Shown here in pieces: positions 38,867 to 50,533 of a stretch of DNA of 64,000 bases. Source of the DNA: Kofleriaceae bacterium (lineage in GTDB: Bacteria; Myxococcota_A; Polyangia; Haliangiales; Haliangiaceae). The translations under genes and the position numbers were made by a program. The DNA lies in the NCBI GenBank assembly GCA_965215005.1, contig CBDCCZ010000004.1, positions 317,115 through 381,114 on the forward strand, in the 5' to 3' direction. Each line of letters begins with the position of its first letter. Position 1 is the first letter of the stretch. The notes beneath the pieces are model-generated. The model did not search any database. It had not been told where the DNA came from and saw only the letters and a program-made list of their open reading frames with translations.

Positions 38867-41335
38867 GTGATTCGCAAGATTTTTGTTTGGGGCCTGGAGC
38901 ATCGTCGCATCGTCGCGCTGGTGCTCCTCGTGGTATCGGCAATATTGGCAGGCCTTGCGGCCCAAGTGCGGCCGGATTACTCGGTCGAGCATTTGTTCCC
39001 GGTTTGGAGTGAGTCTAGAGCGGTCTATGACCGCTACAAACGCGACTTTCCCCACGAAGACACGGAAGCGTATTTTATCGTCGAAGCTGACGATTTGTTC
39101 AGTCGCGAGGGGCTCGCTCGGCTGCAGGCTCTGGAAGATGCCGCCGAGGAGTTGCCGCACGTCATCGAGGTTCGCGGTCCGCTCTCCATTCGAGACCTCG
39201 TCGGTGAGGACGGCATGCTCGCGATCGAGCCGCTATTCTCTGGGCCCGATCTCTCTCCCGAGGCGATCGCCGAAGGCCGGGCCACCGCGACCACTGATCC
39301 TATCTTTGCCTGGAACTTGGCTGCTCCAGATGGTGATGCCGTCACGATTCGAGTGACCCTCGATCCGCGCGAAGGTGACAGCGACCAGGGTCGCCAAGAA
39401 TTCTACACGGCCGCGCGCGAGCTGGCGCGAGCGCAGGCGCATCCGGGGCAGCGCATCGTGGTGTCGGGGCTACCGTCTATCCGCGCTCGCTTCGCCCAAG
39501 AGATCACGCAGGATACGGCCAAGCTCATGCCTCTGGCGCTCCTGATCGTTCTGGTCATGCTGTTCGTCATTTACCGCAGCATCGGCGCCGTGCTCGCTGG
39601 CCTCGCCACCGTTCTGGCGGCATTGGTTTGGTCGCTCGGCGTGCAGGGTCTGCTCGGCTTCCCCACCACGTTGATGATCTCCATTGCGCCCATCGTCGTG
39701 ATGATCATCTCGGTTTCCGACACCGTGCACATCGTCAACGAATTCTTCGCATTGCGCCGTGAGGGCCAGACCACTCGCGACGCGTTGGCGACTGCCATGG
39801 CGCATGCTGCCGGACCATGTCTAGCCACGGAGCTGGTCATCGCGTGCGGCTTTCTCACGCTGCTGGCAGTCAACATCGTGGCGGTCTATCAGTTCGCCCT
39901 CACCGCCGCTTGCGCGATGCTGCTCACCTGGGCAGCGAACATGACGGTGCTGCCGCTGTGTTTGTCGCTCGTGAAGAGCGATGGCCGCTCAGGCCGCGGC
40001 GGCGACGAGCCTCCCGGATTCATTCGCCTCGTGCGACGCGTCATCGGCTGGATCGAGCGCCAGGTGGTTCGCCGTCCGCGCGTGGTCGTTGCCAGCGCAG
40101 CGCTGATTGTCGTAAGCGGCCTCGCCACCGCCACCCTGGTCGACCAGCAGTCCTATGTCTTCGACGATTTGGACCCGCAGAGCCCGTTCGCGCAGGAGCT
40201 GCGCTTCGCCGAGGCCACTCACGGTGGACTGGTGCCGGTTGCCATCTACATCGAGTCGCTCGAGCAGCAGAACGGCGCCATCCTGAGTCCACAAGTCATT
40301 CGCGCGGTCGACGAAGCGGCGGCGATGCTCGACTCGTTTCCTGAGCTGCGGCAAGCCACCTCTGTAACCGACTATCTGCGCAAAGCGCACGGCTTGCTCG
40401 CCGCGGGCGATGAGGAGCTACTTGGCAAGGACGGCCTGCCGCAGACGCGCCGGGCGATCGCGCAAGAGGTCGAGCTCATCGATGAGGGCAGCATGTTGCG
40501 CGACTACCTGTCGTTTGATCGGCGTTCGGTGGCGGCGGTTGGCTATGCGGTCGATGCGGGATCGCAGCGTTTCGACGAGATGTTCGCCACCATGGACGCC
40601 TGGGTACAGCGCAAGCAGCGTGAGCTCGATGCCGACCCCAGCGCGCCACGGGTGCGCATCGCGGTGACCGGCCAGCTCGAGCTATTCCGCGAGATCAATG
40701 CCTCCCTCACCGGCGGCTTGGCGGCGAGCTTCGGCTTGGCCATCCTAATCACGTTCGTGGTCTTCATGATCGCATTGCGATCGATTCGCCTCGGCCTCAT
40801 CGGCATCATTCCCAACGTCACACCAATGGTCCTCACCATCGCCTTCATGGCAGTTGCAGGGATCGACCTGCGACCGATGACGGTGATCGTGTTTTCGATC
40901 ATCTTGGTCATCGCCGACGACGACACGGTGCAGTACCTCGCGCGACTGCGAAGCCACTGGCGACAGCAGCGCGAGCTGCACGCCGACGATCCCAACGTCG
41001 ACCTGCATCGCGAGACCGCGCTGGCGACGATGCGCGAGACCGGCGAGGCGATGTTCGTAACCTCTACAACGGTCTCCGCCGGCTTTCTCTTGCTGCTTAC
41101 CTCGGGTTTTCGCGGACTCGCTCACATGGGCGTTTTGATCGGCGTGACGCTGTTCTTCGCTATCTTCGCCGACCTCTTCCTAGCGCCTCTTCTAGTGCAG
41201 CGCTTGCGGCCCAAGCTCGGTCGCGCGCCGGATCCACGGCTCGGAAGATTCGCTACCCGCGCAACTGATCGCCAAACAGATACACAACTTGCAACACCCC
41301 AGCGGCCAGACCGAGAGCAGCGCCCGCAACGATGA
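38867..41335 (+). CDS. MMPL/RND-family lipid transporter
   Basis: Two repeats of TM + periplasmic loop + 5 TM, with 'SVSDTVHI' and 'IADDDTVQY' acidic motifs. GTG 38867 has a GGAG RBS. Confidence 0.9.
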   Translation: MIRKIFVWGLEHRRIVALVLLVVSAILAGLAAQVRPDYSVEHLFPVWSESRAVYDRYKRDFPHEDTEAYFIVEADDLFSREGLARLQALEDAAEELPHVIEVRGPLSIRDLVGEDGMLAIEPLFSGPDLSPEAIAEGRATATTDPIFAWNLAAPDGDAVTIRVTLDPREGDSDQGRQEFYTAARELARAQAHPGQRIVVSGLPSIRARFAQEITQDTAKLMPLALLIVLVMLFVIYRSIGAVLAGLATVLAALVWSLGVQGLLGFPTTLMISIAPIVVMIISVSDTVHIVNEFFALRREGQTTRDALATAMAHAAGPCLATELVIACGFLTLLAVNIVAVYQFALTAACAMLLTWAANMTVLPLCLSLVKSDGRSGRGGDEPPGFIRLVRRVIGWIERQVVRRPRVVVASAALIVVSGLATATLVDQQSYVFDDLDPQSPFAQELRFAEATHGGLVPVAIYIESLEQQNGAILSPQVIRAVDEAAAMLDSFPELRQATSVTDYLRKAHGLLAAGDEELLGKDGLPQTRRAIAQEVELIDEGSMLRDYLSFDRRSVAAVGYAVDAGSQRFDEMFATMDAWVQRKQRELDADPSAPRVRIAVTGQLELFREINASLTGGLAASFGLAILITFVVFMIALRSIRLGLIGIIPNVTPMVLTIAFMAVAGIDLRPMTVIVFSIILVIADDDTVQYLARLRSHWRQQRELHADDPNVDLHRETALATMRETGEAMFVTSTTVSAGFLLLLTSGFRGLAHMGVLIGVTLFFAIFADLFLAPLLVQRLRPKLGRAPDPRLGRFATRATDRQTDTQLATPQRPDREQRPQR

Positions 41336-42473
41336 GCTTCCACTCGTCCTTCTGGAACGCCGGCCGCAACACGCCCTCGAAGCTGCGCGAATCGAGCTGC
41401 GTCATGCGGTCGAACAGCTCACTGTAGACGTTGATGGCGCGGCTGGTGAAAATGTGTAGAAAGCCCCCCGGCTTGGGGAGCTCCTCGCGCAGCCGCTGGT
41501 GCAGCTCGAGGCGAATCGAGTCCCACTGATCGGCGGGAACCATGGCGGTCACCATGGGATTGTGTTGGAACTTGGTGACCAGCTCATCGACCCGCCTATC
41601 AACGATGCCAAAGAGCGTTACACCGGCCTCGCCCTCCACCATCTTGGCGACCATGTTCTCGGGGTTGAGAATGTCGCGTGACACCATGGTGGCGAACTCT
41701 TTGGCAACGGCTTGCTGCCGCTTGTGAAACAGGCCGTGCAGCGTGAGTGGACCCAGCTTGATCGGATCCGCAGGCTCGAAAATCAGCTTGAGCGCCAGCC
41801 AGTTCGTTGCGTAGCCGACGAAGAATCCAAAGAACGGCAGCACCCACCACGCCGGATACGCAATCCATGCAAACAGCTGGACCACGCCAAACAGCAGCCC
41901 AAAGTAGGCCCCAGAGCGCTTGATGAACTTGAACTCCTCGACCCCAACGGTCTGGAACATGTCGCCGATGAGCTTGCGGTCGCGATGCGCGGCATCCACG
42001 ACCACGTGCTTGAGATTGACGATGTCCTCGATGACACAGCTCATGTCCGCGAGGATTTGCACCGTTACCTGCTCGACCTCGACGCGCAGGAGCACCCGAA
42101 TCTGCGCCCGTACCGGCTCGGGAAGCTGCGTCCACTTGTCTTTGCCGTACTTCCCGGCGGTTTCGGCAATGACCTGGTCAACCAGCTCCTCGATCGCGCC
42201 GTCGAGGTGACCGCTGAAGCCATGGGCATCGAAGCTCGCGAACAGCGCGCGTAAGTTGATGAGCTTATCGGTGATGAGGTCGGTCGACTTCGCCGCCAGG
42301 GCCTTGGCGTTGGCGGGAATGATCCCCTGCCAACCCAAAAACGGTCGCACGCCGAAGAAATCGACAGGATGAAACATCATCTGCACCGCGATGACGTTGG
42401 TTCCCCAGCCGATGATCGCTGAGAACAGCGGGATCAGCAGGTTGAGGGGGTCTGCAAATAGCCAGTCGATCAC
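41253..42473 (-). CDS. DUF445-family membrane protein
   Basis: Duplicated 'GWGTNVIAVQMMFHP' / 'GYATNWLALKLIFEP', 'GWQGIIP', 'RPAFQKDEWKLIVAGA'. Confidence 0.85.
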   Translation of the reverse strand: MIDWLFADPLNLLIPLFSAIIGWGTNVIAVQMMFHPVDFFGVRPFLGWQGIIPANAKALAAKSTDLITDKLINLRALFASFDAHGFSGHLDGAIEELVDQVIAETAGKYGKDKWTQLPEPVRAQIRVLLRVEVEQVTVQILADMSCVIEDIVNLKHVVVDAAHRDRKLIGDMFQTVGVEEFKFIKRSGAYFGLLFGVVQLFAWIAYPAWWVLPFFGFFVGYATNWLALKLIFEPADPIKLGPLTLHGLFHKRQQAVAKEFATMVSRDILNPENMVAKMVEGEAGVTLFGIVDRRVDELVTKFQHNPMVTAMVPADQWDSIRLELHQRLREELPKPGGFLHIFTSRAINVYSELFDRMTQLDSRSFEGVLRPAFQKDEWKLIVAGAALGLAAGVLQVVYLFGDQLRG

Positions 42474-42560
42474 CGAAGCCTCCGACCAAAAGGATCATCG
42501 ATTCTACGGGAATCACGTCGCGGAGCGCGATGGTTAGTTCGCCGCCCTATCGCTGTCGCC

Positions 42561-43454
42561 TCAGCGATGGCCATTGGCTCGCCGCCGCTGGCGTCGGTTG
42601 TGGAGCCAGCACGGGTCGTCATCTCGGATGTCCCCGCGTAGACACGCGGCGCGGATGTCTTTCTCGACCTCGGCCAACCCCAGGATCGCGTCGCGAATCC
42701 TGTCGGCGCAGCGCTTGTAGAGCGCCGTCCGAGGACGGGCGTGGGTGAGCTCCTCGTAGTCGAGCGGATCGCCAAAGACGGCGATGATGGGCGATTTTTG
42801 GCGCACGCCCGGCTCGTAGGTGCGGGCGATGTCGCGCAAAAAGTTGTTGCCGAGGCCGTTTAGGAACAGCGGCACCACCATCGGTTTTGCGTGCAGGACG
42901 ATCTGGCCGATCCCTGGCTGGGCAGGTAATAGCTCGTAGGGATCTGAACCTTTGCCCCGGGTGCCCTCGGGATGCACGCCGATCATCACCCCGGGCTCGC
43001 GCAAAAACGCAACCATGCGACCGATGGCATTCTTGTTGAGTGTCGCGCGTCCGCTATCGCGAAACAGCGGCGGATACATAACGAACCCGCCGACCGCGGC
43101 GTTCACCAAGACGCCGAGCGGCTTGTCATAGAAGAAGTTTGCCCTGACCGGGAAGAACGTCCGTGTTACCCAGTCGGTCCCGCTCTCGTACATCGCGAGC
43201 ATCGCCACGTACTGATCGAAGAAGCTGCGGTGGTTGGAAGCCAGCAGCATGCCGCGGTCCGGCGGCTGTTCGATCAGCCGATCGAGGCCGATCACATAGG
43301 TTCGCGGCGCCACGGTATAGCGGATCCACGGCTGCGACACGTGGCGGATGAATTGCTGCTGCACCCGCTTGGGAAGCGCCTTCTCATTGGTGAAGCGACT
43401 CATGGCGAGCGCCGCACGCTCGAGGCGGCTAAGCGGGACCGGGTGCTCGGACAT
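42561..43454 (-). CDS. Lysophospholipid acyltransferase (PlsC family)
   Basis: 'SNHRSFFD' (HX4D) and 'HPEGTRG'. ATG 43454. Confidence 0.88.
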   Translation of the reverse strand: MSEHPVPLSRLERAALAMSRFTNEKALPKRVQQQFIRHVSQPWIRYTVAPRTYVIGLDRLIEQPPDRGMLLASNHRSFFDQYVAMLAMYESGTDWVTRTFFPVRANFFYDKPLGVLVNAAVGGFVMYPPLFRDSGRATLNKNAIGRMVAFLREPGVMIGVHPEGTRGKGSDPYELLPAQPGIGQIVLHAKPMVVPLFLNGLGNNFLRDIARTYEPGVRQKSPIIAVFGDPLDYEELTHARPRTALYKRCADRIRDAILGLAEVEKDIRAACLRGDIRDDDPCWLHNRRQRRRANGHR

Positions 43455-43556
43455 TCGCGGATGGATACCACAACAGCTCGCAGGCGCGGTCGCCGCTCCT
43501 GCCTTCTCCGGCTGACCGTGCAACATCGTCTGCCGCGCGGGATCGCCACGCGCGGG

Positions 43557-43641
43557 CGCCGCGGACTGCGACCGCCGCGGACTGCGACCGCGTTTCCGCA
43601 GGGTCCATGCCTTGACAGCATCGCGCAGCAGCCCGTATTTT
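43557..43641 (+). promoter_or_regulatory. Sigma70-like promoter for nuoE with an upstream 2x16-bp tandem repeat
   Basis: TTGACA 43612-43617, 18-nt spacer, TATTTT 43636-43641. CGCCGCGGACTGCGAC repeated at 43557-43572 and 43573-43588. Confidence 0.55.
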
Positions 43642-43705
43642 CGCGCCCGCTCGCCCCGGCCGGCGCGCTGATGCGACCGCCGCGCAGGCAGCATCGAACA
43701 ACGCG

Positions 43706-44203
43706 ATGTCACTCGAGTTTTCCCAGCAAGCCAAACAGAAGATCGCCGCCTTGTGCGAGCGCTACCCGAGCAAGCAGCCGGTTGTCCTACCAGCGTTGCA
43801 TCTGGCGCAGAAGGAATTCGGCTACCTCAGTGACGATGCGCTGCGCTTGGTGGGCCGCGAGCTCGACCTGCCGTATCCGCACGTCTACGGGGTCGCCACC
43901 TTCTATACGATGTTCAGGCGCCAAGCTGCCGGCACCAACGTCGTGCGGGTTTGCACCAACATCTCGTGCATGCTGCGCGGCGCCTATGAGGTGCTGGAGG
44001 CGTTCGAGCGGATGCTGGGGATCACCACCGGTGGCACCACCGACGAGTTCCATCTCGTCGAAGAGGAATGCATTGCCGCGTGTGATCGCGCTCCGGCAGT
44101 GTTGTGCGGAACCGCTTACTTTTACGACGTTACTCCTGACCAAGTGGGAGAGATCGTCGACATCCTGCGCAAGACCCCGCATCCCGAGTCGGAGGTGGCG
44201 TGA
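43706..44203 (+). CDS. nuoE: NADH-quinone oxidoreductase subunit E
   Basis: 'VATFYTMF'; 2Fe-2S ligands CTNISC...CIAAC. Confidence 0.95.
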   Translation: MSLEFSQQAKQKIAALCERYPSKQPVVLPALHLAQKEFGYLSDDALRLVGRELDLPYPHVYGVATFYTMFRRQAAGTNVVRVCTNISCMLRGAYEVLEAFERMLGITTGGTTDEFHLVEEECIAACDRAPAVLCGTAYFYDVTPDQVGEIVDILRKTPHPESEVA

Positions 44204-45534
44204 TGGCTGCCGATATGGCGACAAAGCTGGTGACGGCGCGTTTTGGCGATGAAGCGGCGCGTACCATCGAAGGATACGAGCGCGGCGGCGGTTATCAAAT
44301 GCTGCGCAAAGCGCTGCGGATGAAGCCCGAAGACATCCTCGCCGAGGTGAAAGCCTCCAATCTTCGCGGGCGCGGTGGCGCTGGATTCCCCACCGGAATC
44401 AAGTGGGGATTCCTGCCGCCGGATCGCGCCGAAACGCACATCGTGTGCAACTGCGATGAGTCCGAGCCAGGGACCTGCAAAGATCGACTGCTCGTCTACT
44501 GGGACCCGCACCTTCTGATCGAAGGCATGATCATCAGCGCTTTTGCGCTGGGGGCCAAGCACAACTACATCTATCAGCGCGGCGAGATGATGCTCGAGTA
44601 CCAGGTGCTGCAGAAGGCCATCGATGAGGCCTATGCGCGCGGGTATCTCGGTTCGAACATCTTTGGAACCGGGCTCGAGTGTCACCTCACGCTGCATCGC
44701 GGCGCGGGCGCGTACATTTGTGGCGAGGAGACCGCGCTGCTGAACTCGCTCGAGGGGTTGCGTGGTCAGCCACGCCTCAAGCCGCCGTTTCCCGCGGTCA
44801 AGGGCCTGTTCGGCAACCCCACCATCGTCAACAACGTCGAGACTCTGATGAACATTCCGTTCATCATCGACAAGGGCGGCAAGTGGTTTGCTGATCTCGG
44901 CGTGGGCCGTTCGGGTGGCACCCGCATCGTATGTGTCTCGGGCCATGTCGAGCGTCCTGGGGTCTACGAGCTGCCGATGACGCTGAGCTTCAACGAGCTG
45001 ATTCGCGACGTCTGCGGCGGCGTTTGGAAGGGCAGGGGAGTGAAGGCCGTCATCCCCGGAGGCTCGTCGATGCCGCCGCTCAGCGCCGACGAGCTCGATG
45101 TTCAAGTCGAGTTCGACGCGCTGATGACCGATGAGCGAATTCGTCCCGTGGAAGTTCGCGCGGGTGAGCTCTTCGACATGGGCGGCGGTCGCCCGCTGCG
45201 CACGATGGCGGGCTCGGGTGGCATCGTGGTGATCGATGACGAAACCGACCTCACCAAGGTGTTGTGGCGAATCCTCAAGTTCTACCACCACGAATCATGT
45301 GGCCAGTGCACGCCCTGTCGCGAAGGCACCGGCTGGCTCGAAAAGGTCGCCCATCGGGTGGCGAGCGGTCATGGCAAGCCCGGCGACATCGATTTGATGT
45401 CCACGGTTGCCCACGGCATCGCCGGCAACACGATCTGCGCGCTCGGAGAGGCAGCCGCGTGGCCGACGATGGGGTTCATCAGCAAATTCCGCGATGAGTT
45501 CGAGGCCAAAGTGGCCGCGGGAGTCGCCGCATGA
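44200..45534 (+). CDS. nuoF: NADH-quinone oxidoreductase subunit F
   Basis: 'LRGRGGAGFPTG', 'DESEPGT', 'GAGAYICGEETAL', 'ESCGQCTPCREG', 'TICALG'. Confidence 0.97.
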   Translation: MMAADMATKLVTARFGDEAARTIEGYERGGGYQMLRKALRMKPEDILAEVKASNLRGRGGAGFPTGIKWGFLPPDRAETHIVCNCDESEPGTCKDRLLVYWDPHLLIEGMIISAFALGAKHNYIYQRGEMMLEYQVLQKAIDEAYARGYLGSNIFGTGLECHLTLHRGAGAYICGEETALLNSLEGLRGQPRLKPPFPAVKGLFGNPTIVNNVETLMNIPFIIDKGGKWFADLGVGRSGGTRIVCVSGHVERPGVYELPMTLSFNELIRDVCGGVWKGRGVKAVIPGGSSMPPLSADELDVQVEFDALMTDERIRPVEVRAGELFDMGGGRPLRTMAGSGGIVVIDDETDLTKVLWRILKFYHHESCGQCTPCREGTGWLEKVAHRVASGHGKPGDIDLMSTVAHGIAGNTICALGEAAAWPTMGFISKFRDEFEAKVAAGVAA

Positions 45535-46286
45535 CCAGATCGTCGTTGGTCCTTGCAGTACTGACGGTGACGGTGCTGGTGGCACTCGCGGCGCCCATGG
45601 CGTCTGCGCAGCCCGCCGTTGTCATCGAAGAGCCGCGCCTCATCATCGAAAATCCGGACGTCCACCTCGACGCCGGTCATGCGCATCGCGGGGCGCTGGG
45701 CGACGTGCCCAAGCAGATGCAGGCCAGCACCGGTGCTGCGCTGGCGTTCTGGTTTTTCGCCCTTGCTTGCATCGCCGGTGCCGGATTCGTCATTACCCGC
45801 CGCAACTTGGTGAGCGCGGTGATGGGGATGGTCGGCACCTTCATGGCAGTGGCGGCGCTGTACGCCATGCTGTATGCCCACTTTCTCACCGCCATTCAGG
45901 TTCTGGTCTATGCCGGCGCCATCATGGTGCTGTTCGTGTTCGTCATCATGATCTTGAATCGCCCCGAGGACGAGCCATGGGGCATCACGGGGGTGCCCGG
46001 CAAAGCGGTCGCCGGACTCGCACTGGCGTACTTGTTTTGGCGCTTGGCGAGTGTCTTGATCGATGTCGAGCCCCAGCGGGTGACGGCCAATCTGGCGCCG
46101 GGACCGACCGTGACGGGCGATGACTTCGGCTCCGTTGCCGCTGTCGGCAAGGTTCTCTTTGGCGACTACTTGTTTCCCTTCGAAGCGGTCTCCATCGTCC
46201 TTCTCGTGGCCGTTGTCGGTGCGATCATGATCGCCCGGCCGACGGAGCCGAGCGCCGAGCATGTCGCCGGCGGCGCAGAGACCTGA
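45531..46286 (+). CDS. nuoJ: NADH-quinone oxidoreductase subunit J, with N-terminal extension
   Basis: 'QVLVYAGAIMVLFVFVIM', 'YLFPFEAVSIVLLVAVVGA'. Confidence 0.93.
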   Translation: MTRSSLVLAVLTVTVLVALAAPMASAQPAVVIEEPRLIIENPDVHLDAGHAHRGALGDVPKQMQASTGAALAFWFFALACIAGAGFVITRRNLVSAVMGMVGTFMAVAALYAMLYAHFLTAIQVLVYAGAIMVLFVFVIMILNRPEDEPWGITGVPGKAVAGLALAYLFWRLASVLIDVEPQRVTANLAPGPTVTGDDFGSVAAVGKVLFGDYLFPFEAVSIVLLVAVVGAIMIARPTEPSAEHVAGGAET

Positions 46287-46295
46287 GAGCGAGCC

Positions 46296-46616
46296 ATGGG
46301 CGACGCACTTACGACCATCTCCTACGGCCATTTCCTGGTGTTGGCAGCCATCATCTTCGCGATCGGTGTCGTTGGCGTCTTTCTGCGCCGCAACGCGCTG
46401 ATCGTGATGATGAGCATCGAGCTGATGCTCAATGCTGCCAATATGTCGATCATCACCTTCGCTCGCATGCACGGCGACGTCGGCGGCCACGCGCTCGCGT
46501 TCGTGGTCATCGCGGTTGCTGCCGCCGAGGTCGCGGTGGGCTTGGCGCTGGTCGTCCAGTTGTTCCGCACCCGGCATCACGTCGAGATCGACCGACTCGA
46601 CGACCTCAAGCACTAG
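46296..46616 (+). CDS. nuoK: NADH-quinone oxidoreductase subunit K
   Basis: 'RRNALIVMMSIELMLNAAN', 'AAAEVAVGLA'. Confidence 0.96.
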   Translation: MGDALTTISYGHFLVLAAIIFAIGVVGVFLRRNALIVMMSIELMLNAANMSIITFARMHGDVGGHALAFVVIAVAAAEVAVGLALVVQLFRTRHHVEIDRLDDLKH

Positions 46617-46628
46617 TCTGCGGCCACT

Positions 46629-48928
<2,300 letters not shown>

Positions 48929-48932
<4 letters not shown>

Positions 48933-50533
48933 TGCCCGGCGCTTACGTCCTGCCGCTGCTTCTCGCGATCCCGCTCATTGGGGCTGTGCTCGTGATGCTG
49001 ATTCCCGCCGAAGAGAGCGGCATGCAGCGCGGCTTTGGCTTCGCGATCAGCTTGATCACCTTCGGCGTCTCGCTGCTGATCATTGGCTACTTCCAAGCTC
49101 GCGAGCCGGGGTTTCAGCTCGTCTTCGACACGCCATGGATCGAGACCATTGGTGTGCGCTTCAAGCTCGGCATCGACGGAATCTCGCTGTGGTTGGTCTT
49201 ATTGACCACCTTCACCACGCCCATCGTGCTGCTGTCTTCGTTCAGCTCGATCGAAAAACGCGTCCGCGAGTTCGTCGCCGCGATGCTGGTGCTCCAGGTC
49301 GGAATGCTCGGTGCCTTCTTGGCGCTCGACGTATTCCTGTTTTACGTGTTTTGGGAGGTGATGCTGATCCCGATGTACCTGCTCATCGGGATTTGGGGCG
49401 GCCATCGGCGACTCTACGCCTCCATCAAGTTCGTCATTTACACCATGGTCGGCTCGCTGTTGATGCTGGCCGCGATCCTGTTCGTTTACGCGCAGTACGG
49501 CGAAGTCACGGGGAGCTACACCTCGGACCTCGAGGCGTTAACGACTCTCACGCTCTCGTGGGAGGCGCAAGTCTGGTGCTTCTGTGCCTTCGCGTTGGCC
49601 TTCGCCATCAAAATTCCGCTGTTTCCAGTGCACACGTGGTTGCCCGATGCCCACGTCGAAGCGCCCACCGCGGGATCCGTGGTGCTCGCCGGCGTGCTCC
49701 TCAAGTTCGGCATCTACGGGTTTTTGCGCTACGCGATCCCGCTGTTTCCGCACGGTGCCGAAGTCATGGCGCCGTACATCGCGGTGCTGGCGGTCATTGG
49801 CATCATCTACGGAGCGTTCACGGCCTTCGCGCAAGATGACGTGAAGAAGCTCATCGCCTACTCGTCGGTATCGCACTTGGGGTTTTGCGCGTTGGGCGTG
49901 TTCGCGATGACCAGCCAGGGGATCGAGGGCAGCATCTACGCGATGCTGTCGCACGGCCTCACCACCGGTGGCCTCTTCCTCGCCATCGGAGTGCTCTACG
50001 AGCGGCGTCACACGCGGCGTCTCGCAGAGTACGGCGGGCTATGGCGCGTGATGCCGGTGTTTGCGGCATTCTTCCTGATCGTGACGCTCGGCTCCGCCGG
50101 CTTGCCCGGTCTCTCGGGCTTTATCGGCGAGTTCCTCGCGTTGTTTGGCACCTTCTTGGCTTCGCCTGAGCTCTTGCCGGTGCCGAAGCTACTCGCGGCG
50201 CTTGCCGCTACCGGCGTGATTCTCGGTGCGGTTTACCTTCTATATATGTTTCAGAAGGTGATGTTCGGGCCGGTCACACGACCCGAGAACCTGCACCTGC
50301 CGGACCTGTCGCTTCGCGAGATCTTCGTGTTCCTCCCGCTCATCGTCATGATCTTCTTCATGGGCGTCTATCCGCGCCCGTTTCTCAAGTCGATGGAGCC
50401 GGCGGTGCAGCAGCTAATCGCCAACTTCGAGGCGCGTCGCGAGCTCCCCGACGGCCCAGTGCGCGTCACCGCCGTGCCCACCGCCACCATCGAGGCTACC
50501 GCTGTCGCGGAGCTCGCGGGAGAGCAGCCGTGA
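48929..50533 (+). CDS. nuoM: NADH-quinone oxidoreductase subunit M
   Basis: 'FYVFWEVMLIPMY', 'HTWLPDAHVEAPTAGS', 'IAYSSVSHLG', 'GLPGLSGFIGE'. Confidence 0.96.
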
